Shown piece by piece: positions 31,550-41,001 of a stretch of DNA of 64,000 nucleotides. The notes under the pieces are model-generated. The model had not been told where the DNA came from. It ran no database searches and saw only the letters and a list, made by a program, of their open reading frames with translations. The first letter of the stretch is position 1, and each line of letters begins with the position of its first letter. The DNA comes from Coleofasciculus chthonoplastes F2-STO-03 (lineage in GTDB: Bacteria; Cyanobacteriota; Cyanobacteriia; Cyanobacteriales; Coleofasciculaceae). The stretch covers positions 19,941-83,940 of the forward strand of contig JAVJWO010000096.1 of NCBI GenBank assembly GCA_040222015.1, read 5' to 3'. The translations under genes were made by a program, and so were the position numbers.

Positions 31550-31963
31550 ATGAACCACAATTTCAAAAATAGGCGGATTTTAGTTGTAGATCACAATGCC
31601 GATTCTAGAGAATTACTCAGCATCATTTTTGAGCAAGAAGAAGCCCAAGTTCTGACTGTTACTAGCGCTAAGGAAGCTTTAGAGGTATTTGAGGATTTTC
31701 AACCGGATATTCTACTATGTGAGCTACTTCTGCCAGGAGAAGATGGCTATTGGCTGATCCGTCAAATCAGAGGCTTAGAGACAAAAGTAGGGTATCATGT
31801 CACCGCGATCGCGGTGACGGTAGCAGCGACTGAGCCAGATCGCCAACTCGCCTTAACCGCAGGGTTTGACAGCCATATTGCGAAACCGAGCAAGGTTGAT
31901 GATTTATTAGCGATCGCGGCTATCCTTGAGCCGGGTAAATTTTGTCCCCAATTGGCACAATAA
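31550..31963 (+). CDS. Single-domain response regulator-like receiver
   Basis: RILVVD, PDILLCE (Glu in place of the usual phospho-Asp), GFD.HIAKP. Confidence 0.85.
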   Translation: MNHNFKNRRILVVDHNADSRELLSIIFEQEEAQVLTVTSAKEALEVFEDFQPDILLCELLLPGEDGYWLIRQIRGLETKVGYHVTAIAVTVAATEPDRQLALTAGFDSHIAKPSKVDDLLAIAAILEPGKFCPQLAQ

Positions 31964-32043
31964 CCGAAGACGCCTCGAAATTGTCTAGGATGCAATCAGG
32001 TAGAATGTAACTCGTCTTAACCAGGAGATCAGAGAGAAACACT

Positions 32044-32580
32044 TTGGTGATGAACGATTTATTAAAAGGCATCAATGTCTACCTGATTGGCATGATGGGT
32101 GTCGGTAAAACTACCGTAGGGCAACGATTGGCAAAAGAACTCGGCTATCGTTTTGTAGACACAGATGTCCTGATTGAACAAGTAGCAGGACAAACCATTA
32201 ACCAGATTTTTGCTGACAGGGGAGAGGAAGAATTTCGCCAGGTAGAAGCTCAAGTCTTGTCAGAAGTATCCGCTTACACTAACTTGACTGTTGCTACAGG
32301 TGGTGGCATTGTACTCAAACAGATGAATTGGAGTTATCTACACCAAGGTTTAATTGTCTGGTTAGATGCACCTGTAGACCTATTAATACAGCGTCTGCAA
32401 GATGATACTACCCGCCCCTTATTACAAACAACTGACCCAACAGCAGCCCTGCAAAATTTACTTGACAAACGGCGTCATTTGTATGCAGAAGCCGATCTTC
32501 ATATTCCAATTAGTGTCAGTGATACACCGGAACTCATTACATCACAGATAATGGCAGCAATTCCTTCAGTTCTTAAATAA
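32044..32580 (+). CDS. aroK: Shikimate kinase
   Basis: GMMGVGKTT, FVDTD, GEEEFR, ATGGGIV, RPLL. Confidence 0.95.
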   Translation: MVMNDLLKGINVYLIGMMGVGKTTVGQRLAKELGYRFVDTDVLIEQVAGQTINQIFADRGEEEFRQVEAQVLSEVSAYTNLTVATGGGIVLKQMNWSYLHQGLIVWLDAPVDLLIQRLQDDTTRPLLQTTDPTAALQNLLDKRRHLYAEADLHIPISVSDTPELITSQIMAAIPSVLK

Positions 32581-32693
32581 AATCAAAGGAGTAGGTTGGG
32601 TCGAGGGACGAGACCCAACAAACAAAAACTCGAGGTAAATCTGTTGGGTTTCACTTCGTTCAATCCAACCTACAAAAAATTATAACGAATCAA

Positions 32694-33731
32694 CTATTCC
32701 CATTTGTTTAGGATATCTTTGACTAAAACTTCTTTTAAGCAAACCTGAGCTACGACAACAATGGGAAGCGCCAGAAATAAGCCAAAGATGCCGAAAAATA
32801 TAGCAAAAGCCATCTGAGACAATAACGTAACCGCTGGCAGCAAAGAAACCTGTTTTTGCATAACCAGTGGGGTTAAAATATTACTTTCAATTTGCTGAAT
32901 TACTATATACAAAACCACCACAGCTACAGCTTTCCAAGGCGTATCAAGTAAAGCCAATGCCACGGGCGGAATTACACTTAAAGTCGGACCTAAATTGGGA
33001 ATAAATGTAAATATACCCGCTAACAAAGCATTCGCCAGTGGCAATTGTACCTGCAAAATCCATAACCCCAGCCCACTCAATATAGCAATTACCGTCATGT
33101 TAAAGAGGATACCAACTGCCCAACCTCCCAGAGTATCTTCACATTCATCGAGAATCTCCTGAATTCGGCGGCGATAAAAGGCAGGAAATAGGAGGATAAA
33201 CCCTTGGCGGTAGGGTTCAGGATTGGCGAGTAACATAATAGTTACAACCACAACTAACAACATATTCAATACTAGACCAATTGAACTGTAGAATATATCA
33301 AAAAAGTTACCAAATAGTTTTGTTGCCCATGAGCGCAGATTTTGAGTAAAGACTTTCAAGCCGCCAATATCCTCTAAAAGTCCATCGGGAACCAAATTCC
33401 TTACCCAGTTTGCCCATTCAGGAATTTGTTGTAATCCAATTGGAACTAAATCGATCAATTGCTGAACTTGATCAACAAAGGGGGGAACAACCAGGACAAA
33501 AAAACCAACCAGTAATCCGAGACAAAAGCCCACAGATATAACGATAGCGAAAGCGCGTTTGAGCCGAAAGCGGAGCAGAAATCGCACCAGACGGTTAAGT
33601 GTAGTGGCAAAAACTACGGCAGCAAAGCCGAGCAAAATAACCGTTTTGATTTTCCACAAAATGTAAACTGAGAGGATAAATAAGAATAATCCCAGCAATG
33701 AACCTATACGCACAAACTTGCCTCCACTCAA
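32694..33731 (-). CDS. AI-2E family transporter
   Basis: FIPNLGP, IQQIESNILTPLVM, FG..GLFLALP. Confidence 0.9.
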   Translation of the reverse strand: MSGGKFVRIGSLLGLFLFILSVYILWKIKTVILLGFAAVVFATTLNRLVRFLLRFRLKRAFAIVISVGFCLGLLVGFFVLVVPPFVDQVQQLIDLVPIGLQQIPEWANWVRNLVPDGLLEDIGGLKVFTQNLRSWATKLFGNFFDIFYSSIGLVLNMLLVVVVTIMLLANPEPYRQGFILLFPAFYRRRIQEILDECEDTLGGWAVGILFNMTVIAILSGLGLWILQVQLPLANALLAGIFTFIPNLGPTLSVIPPVALALLDTPWKAVAVVVLYIVIQQIESNILTPLVMQKQVSLLPAVTLLSQMAFAIFFGIFGLFLALPIVVVAQVCLKEVLVKDILNKWE

Positions 33732-33797
33732 GGGTTAGGTTAACCTTACATCTTGCACGTTTATCAGTAAGCCCCGACACCTTTGATATACCGTAGT

Positions 33798-33924
33798 GGC
33801 GTGGCACACCTTATTTGATGAATTAGAATTGGTTCGTAGTGAGGGCTTCAGCCCTCTCCAGCTAAGCGTTATAGCACTCTTCGTGCTTACTACAAACAAA
33901 ACCCTATTTTAGCTGTGCCACGCC
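33798..33924. mobile_element. MITE-like element with 11-bp terminal inverted repeats
   Basis: GGCGTGGCACA...TGTGCCACGCC enclosing a GTAG REP. Confidence 0.5.
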
Positions 33925-34045
33925 GCCATCACCAACCTTAAGTCAGTACCATTCCACTTAGCACTGCTTATTGATAACTGTTCAGTGATCACTGTTTACT
34001 GATCACTGTTTACTGACTTTACATAGGAGGGTAACTCGAATCATG

Positions 34046-35629
34046 TTATACAGTCACCTGAGTTTTCCGATTCTCTGTAGAGGCTTTTAACTTCTCCTCC
34101 CGTGCCAAAAACTCCGCCAACTGCCCCTCAATTTGATCCCGGACAATATGACGATATTCCATAAAATGCTCGTTGTGAGCGCAAACAATTAAATAATGCT
34201 CCCAAACCGCTGGATTGCGCCGAATCATACTAAATAAATGATGCCAAAACTTCCAGCGTGTTTTCCGTTTCAGCCCCTGTCGCCAACACACAATTGCCAC
34301 TGCCTTTAAATCCACCCAACTCGGCAATTTAAACGGGGGTTTACACTTGGGTTCTCCGAGTTTCAGGAAATACCGATACACCCGATCTAAATATTGCTCC
34401 GGCTCATATAACTGCCAAAACGCCTCGACATATTCCCGGGCAATTTCTTCTAAAGGGCGAGTGGGGATAAAATTCATTAACGTGGTCTGGTTAATATTAC
34501 CATCCTTGCCCCGGAGTCGTTCCTCCTTATCTAACCGATGCCACAAAGCTGTATTCGGTAAAGCTTGCAACATGGCAAAGGTTGTAGTCGGAATACCTGT
34601 CTGTTCAGCAAACCGAACAATCCGCGAACCCGCACCCGATTTTTCCCCATCAAAACCGACAATAAAACCAGCAATCACCCGCAATCCTGCCTCAGTAATA
34701 ATATCCACTGATTCAGCCAACGAACTGCGGGTATTTTGGAATTTCTTGGTCAACTGTAAACTATCCTCATCCGGTGTTTCAATTCCCAGAAACACGGCAT
34801 CAAAATAGCACTCGACCATTAATTGCATCATTTGGGTGTCTTGCGCCAAGTCAACAGAGGCTTCAGTATTAAATCGGAAAGGATACTGGTGTGCTTCTTG
34901 CCAAACTTTTAACTCTTTCAGCAATAACTTAACATTCCGCTTATTGCCAATAAAATTATCATCAACCATAAACACACCCCGCCGCCATCCCAGTTCATAT
35001 AGATAGTCTAATTCTGCCAATAACTGGGCGGGTGTTTTCGTCCGGGGTTTGCGTCCATAGAGGACAATAATATCGCAAAATTCACATTGAAACGGACAAC
35101 CGCGCGAGAATTGCACCGACATTGAATCATAAGCATCCAATTCCAATAAATCAAACCGAGGAATTGGCGTGCTTGTCACATCCGGTTTTTTCCCATTGGA
35201 ACGGAATATGCCTGTCTCATCTCCCCGTTGAATCGCCTCGACAAACAGGGGTAACGTAATTTCGCCTTCGTCTAAAATCAGATAATCAGTCCCCGCCTCC
35301 TGCACCCCATCGGGAACAGAGGTGGGGAAAGGACCCCCACAAGCCACCCGTTTCCCTCGCCGTTTGGCTTCCCGGATTTGTGCCAGTAAATCCCCTTTTT
35401 GGACAATCATCGCTGAAAGAATCACAATATCCGCCCATTCCCATTCCGCTTCAGTGACGGCTCGGATATTGCGATCCACCAGTTTAAATTCCCACGTCTG
35501 TGGTAAAATAGCCGCAACAGTGACCAACCCTAAAGGAGGCAGTAAAACTTTGCGATCGACTAACTCTAATATTTTTTCATAAGACCAGAATGTCTTGGGA
35601 AAGAGGGGATAGACGAGTAATGCTTTCAT
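34046..35629 (-). CDS. B12-binding radical SAM protein (DUF4070 type)
   Basis: PPLGL.TVAA, SRGCPFQCEFC (CxxxCxxC), VDDNFIGN. Confidence 0.92.
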   Translation of the reverse strand: MKALLVYPLFPKTFWSYEKILELVDRKVLLPPLGLVTVAAILPQTWEFKLVDRNIRAVTEAEWEWADIVILSAMIVQKGDLLAQIREAKRRGKRVACGGPFPTSVPDGVQEAGTDYLILDEGEITLPLFVEAIQRGDETGIFRSNGKKPDVTSTPIPRFDLLELDAYDSMSVQFSRGCPFQCEFCDIIVLYGRKPRTKTPAQLLAELDYLYELGWRRGVFMVDDNFIGNKRNVKLLLKELKVWQEAHQYPFRFNTEASVDLAQDTQMMQLMVECYFDAVFLGIETPDEDSLQLTKKFQNTRSSLAESVDIITEAGLRVIAGFIVGFDGEKSGAGSRIVRFAEQTGIPTTTFAMLQALPNTALWHRLDKEERLRGKDGNINQTTLMNFIPTRPLEEIAREYVEAFWQLYEPEQYLDRVYRYFLKLGEPKCKPPFKLPSWVDLKAVAIVCWRQGLKRKTRWKFWHHLFSMIRRNPAVWEHYLIVCAHNEHFMEYRHIVRDQIEGQLAEFLAREEKLKASTENRKTQVTV

Positions 35630-35885
35630 ATTAGAACTAAATCACCTAAACTTTGTTATCGGATAATAGTACAAGTTTTAACACAAAAATCCGGTTAAAT
35701 TAACAAATCCAACATCATGAATTTCGAGTGAGTGCTTTTACCCCCTAAAGCAAACTTGTCAGGTGATAACTTATCGTTTCTCAAATTCTACAAAACCTTC
35801 CCTCAAAACCTCTCAAATCCTCTGCGCCCCTCTGCGTACCCCTCTGCGTACCTCTGCGTTGAAAAAATATAATCTTCACTCCATC

Positions 35886-36818
35886 ATGCCAACCTCTGAC
35901 CTAAAAATAATCTCCCTACTCCCCAGCGCCACCGAAATAGTCGCCGCTTTAGGCTTAACCGATGCAATTGTCGGGCGATCGCACGAATGCGACTATCCTC
36001 CCGAAATCCAAAACCGCCCCATTTGTACCGAAGCGCGACTAAATGCCGAAAAACCCAGCGCCCAAATAGACCGGGATGTGCGTCGCTTAGTCAAGGACGC
36101 CCTGAGCATCTACCAAATTAAAACCGATATCCTAGAACAATTACAACCCACCCACATTGTTACTCAAGATCAATGTGATATCTGTGCGGTCAATCTTCCA
36201 GAGGTAGAGAAAGCCGTTGCTGAACTCACCCACAGTCAGCCAAAAGTGATTTCCTTGCAGCCGAATCAATTAAGCGACGTGTGGGCAGATATTGAACGAG
36301 TAGCGGCTACATTAGGCGTAGACGCGCAACCCTTGCTGAATCAACTCCAATCTCGTGTGGACACCATTCAGCACATGACACAGAACCTCTCCCTCGCCAA
36401 TCAACCCACAGTCGCCGCAATTGAATGGACTGATCCATTAATGGCGAGTGGTAACTGGATTCCCGAATTAGTCGATATGGCTGGAGGTCATCATTTATTT
36501 GCCGCTTTGGGTAAGCATTCGCCGTACTTAGAATGGGATTCACTGCTGAAAACCGATCCCCAGGTGATGATTATTATGCCCTGTGGTTTTGATTTAGAGC
36601 GAACCCGTCAGGAAACCCAGCAGTTAAGTCAGCGTCCAGAATGGTCAGAGTTACAGGCGGTACGGAATAAGAGAGTGTATATTACCGATGGCAATGCTTA
36701 TTTTAATCGTCCCGGACCCCGATTAGTGGATTCGTTAGAAATTTTGGCAGAAATTCTGCATCCAGAATTATTTAATTTTGGGTATCGCGGAAAGGCTTGG
36801 GACGTTGTAGAGACGTAG
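35886..36818 (+). CDS. Cobalamin-binding (BtuF-like) periplasmic-binding-fold protein
   Basis: IISLLPSATEIV, SHECDYP, YFNRPGPRL; likely start ATG at 35886. Confidence 0.85.
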   Translation: MPTSDLKIISLLPSATEIVAALGLTDAIVGRSHECDYPPEIQNRPICTEARLNAEKPSAQIDRDVRRLVKDALSIYQIKTDILEQLQPTHIVTQDQCDICAVNLPEVEKAVAELTHSQPKVISLQPNQLSDVWADIERVAATLGVDAQPLLNQLQSRVDTIQHMTQNLSLANQPTVAAIEWTDPLMASGNWIPELVDMAGGHHLFAALGKHSPYLEWDSLLKTDPQVMIIMPCGFDLERTRQETQQLSQRPEWSELQAVRNKRVYITDGNAYFNRPGPRLVDSLEILAEILHPELFNFGYRGKAWDVVET

Positions 36819-37041
36819 CATGCTACGTCTTGAATGTTGTGTAGGGGCGGGTTTCACTACTAACAGGTCTTACCTCACCCTGATGTAACTAAACCCGCCC
36901 CGACTAGGTTATCTTATCTATCGAAAACGTTATTATTTCGGGTTTGCTGCACATAAATTAATTGGGCGCACGCCATGCGATTGGGCGCACGCCATGCGCC
37001 CCTACGGTACGTCTTCCCTTGGAACCATCTGCCTTCAAGAC

Positions 37042-38418
37042 ATGATATCACCAGGTTGTCCCCGGCTACCCCCATCACTGCACCTGCGTTCCTACCAGCA
37101 ACAAGCGATAACCAACTGGTTTAGCAATCAGGGACGCGGTACGCTGAAGATGGCGACAGGGAGTGGCAAGACAATTACCGCCCTCGCGATCGCAACCCAA
37201 CTCTATCACCAAATCGGCTTACAAGTCTTACTGGTTGTTTGTCCCTATCGTCATCTAGTTACCCAATGGGCGCGAGAATGTCAGACGTTTAATTTAGAAC
37301 CGATTCTGGCATTTGAAAATGTACACCATTGGCAAAATAAACTATCTACTTCCCTTTATAACTTACAATCGGGTAATCAATCTTTTCTGACAATTATCAC
37401 CACCAACGCCACATTGATCACAGAGGGGTTACAATCTCAACTCAAATACCTTCCCCCCAAAACCTTAATTGTTGGTGATGAAGCCCATAACCTAGGGTCT
37501 CGACGCTTAGAAGAGAGTTTACCGCGCAACATTGGCTTACGTCTTGCCCTATCTGCGACACCAGAACGCTATTTTGATCAGGAAGGAACCCACGGCTTAT
37601 TCAACTATTTTGGCTCAGTTTTGCAACCTGAACTGACTTTAGCGGATGCGATTCAGCAAGGGGCATTAGTTCATTATCTCTACTATCCAATATTAGTGGA
37701 ATTAACCGAAACTGAATCAATCGCTTATGCCAAATTTACTAAACGCATTGGCTGGGCGCTAATGAATAATGAAGGTGTCGATATCCAAAATAATGATACT
37801 GTAACTGCCTTGTTAATGCAACGCGCTCGTTTAATTGGGTCAGCGGCTAACAAGTTAACCGCATTGCAACAGTTAATGGCAGAACGATTAGAGACCTATC
37901 ACACCTTATTTTATTGTGGAGATGGTTCAGTGGAAGGCAGTGTAAGTCAGGAAACCACTCGTCAACTAGCAGCCGTCACCCGGTTATTGGGAAGTGAACT
38001 TGGATATCGGATTAACACCTATACAGCAGACACGCCTTTAGCCGAACGAGAGGAATTACGTCATCAATTTGAAACCGGTAAATTACAAGGATTGGTGGCA
38101 ATTCGCTGTCTTGATGAAGGGGTAGATATTCCAGCGATTAAAACCGCTGTTATTCTTGCTAGTAGTGGAAATCCCCGCCAGTTTATTCAACGACGGGGGC
38201 GGATTTTGCGCCCGCATCCTGATAAGGAACGGGCAACTTTATTTGATATGATTGTTCTCCCTCCAGATTTAGGACGTAAAACGTTAGAGGTGGAACGGAA
38301 TTTGCTCAAAAAAGAGTTGAAACGGTTTTTAGAGTTTGCTGATTTAGCCGATAATGCAGGGGAAGCCCGACTAAAATTGCTGCAACTTCAAAAACGGTAT
38401 GGATTGTTGGACATTTGA
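37042..38418 (+). CDS. SF2 helicase of the 'DNA phosphorothioation system restriction enzyme' type
   Basis: LRSYQQQA, MATGSGKT, GDEAH, LSATPER, CLDEGVDIP, QFIQRRGRILR; start uncertain. Confidence 0.75.
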   Translation: MISPGCPRLPPSLHLRSYQQQAITNWFSNQGRGTLKMATGSGKTITALAIATQLYHQIGLQVLLVVCPYRHLVTQWARECQTFNLEPILAFENVHHWQNKLSTSLYNLQSGNQSFLTIITTNATLITEGLQSQLKYLPPKTLIVGDEAHNLGSRRLEESLPRNIGLRLALSATPERYFDQEGTHGLFNYFGSVLQPELTLADAIQQGALVHYLYYPILVELTETESIAYAKFTKRIGWALMNNEGVDIQNNDTVTALLMQRARLIGSAANKLTALQQLMAERLETYHTLFYCGDGSVEGSVSQETTRQLAAVTRLLGSELGYRINTYTADTPLAEREELRHQFETGKLQGLVAIRCLDEGVDIPAIKTAVILASSGNPRQFIQRRGRILRPHPDKERATLFDMIVLPPDLGRKTLEVERNLLKKELKRFLEFADLADNAGEARLKLLQLQKRYGLLDI

Positions 38419-38633
38419 CCCTATAAGTAGGTGGACATAATTAACGTGAACGGTGAAGAACTCGCTTTCGCGAGAAGCAAGCTACGTCATTCGTCATTTG
38501 TCATTTGTCATTTGTAATGGTTTGAGGTTTATTTACAGAACTTAGCCATCTATGATTCAGTTTTTGATGATACTATAGTAGTCAGTATACAAATAATTAG
38601 GTTACAGCTCCTCGCCCTGCAACAATTAGCGAT

Positions 38634-39431
38634 ATGATGTCTCCGTTTCCTGGCATGAATCCCTATCTGGAGAATCCAGAATTATGGTCTGAGGTGCATA
38701 GCCGTTTAATTGTCGCGATCGCGGATGAGATTGCACCCGCGTTACTTCCTAACTATTACGTGGCAATTGAAAAGCGTGTCTATAGTAGCACTCCTGAGGA
38801 TACTATCCTGATTGGTATTCCCGATGTTTCCGTTGTCTGTTCAGAGGTAGAGGCGTCTCCAGAATTCGCCACGCGCAACAGGGCTACTGCTACCTTATCT
38901 AAACCTGATCAACCGCAAACCGTAACGATTCCCTTGGCGGAGGAGGTAGAAGAACGCTATTTAGAGGTTCGAGACACTAAAACGGGAAAAGTTGTCACCA
39001 CAATTGAGCTACTCTCACCCAAGAATAAACGATCAGGTGAGGGGAGGGAAGCATATCTACGCAAACGCCAGCAAATTTTGACGAGTTCCACCCACTTAGT
39101 AGAAATTGATTTACTTCGCAGTGGAAAAGCGATGCCAATGCAAGGCGTAGCTCAGTTAAAAGACTATCGGATTCTGATTAGTCGCAGCGATTTAAGACCT
39201 CATGCCCAGCTTTATACCTTTAATTTAACCGATGCGATTCCTAAAGTCGAGTTACCGTTACAGGGAGAAGAAAATAGTCCGATTCTGGATTTAAAACTCA
39301 TTCTCGATGGCGTTTATCAACGTGCAGGGTATCGCTTCCGCATTGATTATCGTCAGTCAATCACTCCTGCTGTTTCTTCTGAGGTAGCGGTTTGGCTGAA
39401 TACGCTGCTAGTTGAACAGGGATTACGGTAA
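38634..39431 (+). CDS. DUF4058 family protein
   Basis: SPFPGMNPYLE, IELLSPKNK, HLVEIDLLR.G. Confidence 0.88.
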   Translation: MMSPFPGMNPYLENPELWSEVHSRLIVAIADEIAPALLPNYYVAIEKRVYSSTPEDTILIGIPDVSVVCSEVEASPEFATRNRATATLSKPDQPQTVTIPLAEEVEERYLEVRDTKTGKVVTTIELLSPKNKRSGEGREAYLRKRQQILTSSTHLVEIDLLRSGKAMPMQGVAQLKDYRILISRSDLRPHAQLYTFNLTDAIPKVELPLQGEENSPILDLKLILDGVYQRAGYRFRIDYRQSITPAVSSEVAVWLNTLLVEQGLR

Positions 39432-39549
39432 CACTGATTTCTCGGATTTATTTGAGTGTTGGGGGTGGGGATGTGAGATGTTAGTCACACTGATTGCACG
39501 GAGGTTTTAGTTCTCACTGGACAAGATAATTTTACTGTTCCCTGTTCCC

Positions 39550-40746
39550 TTACTGGAGTTGTTTAATTGCCGCATTAGCGTGTAATTTTACACTCATTTG
39601 AGGATCATTCTGGAGTTGGAATAAAGCACTCATGGCGTCGCAGATTCCTAATTGTCCCCAACTGTAGGCTAACGCCTGTTTAATTGCGGTTGTTTCAACA
39701 CTGGGATGTCCCGACTCAAAGAAATCTAGCAAAATTTTAGCGGCTTGGTATTTCAGATTTGGGGTTTCAATCCGCCCAAAAACGCGCACGATTTCTAAGA
39801 TGGAGTCTTCGGCTATGGTGGATAAGGCTTGGTGTAAATAGTCCAATGTTGTCGCCGTTTCGATCCGCGCCAATACCTGAATGATGGTAATTTGTAGGGG
39901 AACAGGAGTCAGAGGCGATCGCACAACGTGGGATAACGCCTCGGCTGCTTGATCAGTACCGATTCTACCGATCGCGATCGCGGCTTGCTGACAGACGTCT
40001 AAGTTCAGATCATACAGCAGGGGTTGCAGATAGATTAATGTATCGAGATCTGTCTCTGAGGAAGCGCTTAAGCCTAACCCGATCACCGCTTCTTTACGCA
40101 CAGATGCTACATAATCTTTTAATGCCACCAATAAAACGGGTACAATGCGATCGTCATGGAAACGACTCAGGGCAGCAATGGCAGTGACGCGCACCTGTAC
40201 ATCTGGATCATGAACGACGCTCAATAAGGGATTAATCACATCTGCACAATGCATTTGAGCTAAAGCGCGAGTGGCGAAAAGACGAGATTCCGGTTTCACC
40301 AGCAAATCAGTCAACGCCTCAACCGCAGGATGTCCGATAGCGGCTAACGCACTAGCTGCGATCGCACTTAACTCTTCATCTTCACTGTGATCCAGTAATT
40401 TCACCAATGTCCGAATCACGTCAGGCGCATTAAATCCCCCCAAAATCCGCCCCGCAAACCACCGTTGCTCTAAATCCGCCTCCTCATCTTCCAGAATCTC
40501 GATCAACGGTGCCACAATCCTCTCGCCCCATTGTGGCAAAACCTTGGCAATATCCCAACGCGCCGGAAAATCTCCCTGTTCCAGAACCGTTAACGCCATC
40601 GCCAATCCTAGAGGCAATTCCTTTGTTTCTGGATTGGAACGATTTCGGCTGCACTCATCCAACGGTAATTGCTGCAAACATTGAGTGACTGACAACCAAT
40701 CCCTCTGCTCTGTGGCAACTGTGGCTTGTTTAAGAAGTTTGTCCAT
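39550..40746 (-). CDS. nirB: HEAT-repeat protein, NirB-like
   Basis: PBS-lyase-type HEAT repeats; divergent from nirA as in Anabaena. The symbol rests partly on gene context. Confidence 0.7.
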   Translation of the reverse strand: MDKLLKQATVATEQRDWLSVTQCLQQLPLDECSRNRSNPETKELPLGLAMALTVLEQGDFPARWDIAKVLPQWGERIVAPLIEILEDEEADLEQRWFAGRILGGFNAPDVIRTLVKLLDHSEDEELSAIAASALAAIGHPAVEALTDLLVKPESRLFATRALAQMHCADVINPLLSVVHDPDVQVRVTAIAALSRFHDDRIVPVLLVALKDYVASVRKEAVIGLGLSASSETDLDTLIYLQPLLYDLNLDVCQQAAIAIGRIGTDQAAEALSHVVRSPLTPVPLQITIIQVLARIETATTLDYLHQALSTIAEDSILEIVRVFGRIETPNLKYQAAKILLDFFESGHPSVETTAIKQALAYSWGQLGICDAMSALFQLQNDPQMSVKLHANAAIKQLQ

Positions 40747-40853
40747 TGTTTGATCAATTGCATCGTCACCCAGACTGAATGGTGTGCCACTTCAGCCTCA
40801 CTCTTCCTATGGTTTCACAGAATCGATGATTTATACACATTTAATTCACAAAT

Positions 40854-40870
40854 TGCATTTATATGATGCA
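40854..40870. promoter_or_regulatory. LysR-type (NtcB-like) palindrome
   Basis: TGCAT-N7-ATGCA containing T-N11-A, upstream of the nirA NtcA box. Confidence 0.5.
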
Positions 40871-40895
40871 GTTTATTCAAGTTCAACTTAAAAGC

Positions 40896-40937
40896 GTATC
40901 CAAATATACAATTTACCCCTTTAACCTTGCTTACCTT
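40896..40937 (+). promoter_or_regulatory. Canonical NtcA-activated promoter of nirA
   Basis: GTA-TCCAAATA-TAC (40896-40909), N22, then -10 TACCTT (40932-40937). Confidence 0.85.
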
Positions 40938-41001
40938 ACTGAAATTAAGAGGGTAAATTTTAGTAGAACTGAAAACCGGAAAAATCCATCAAAATAGCTC
41001 T

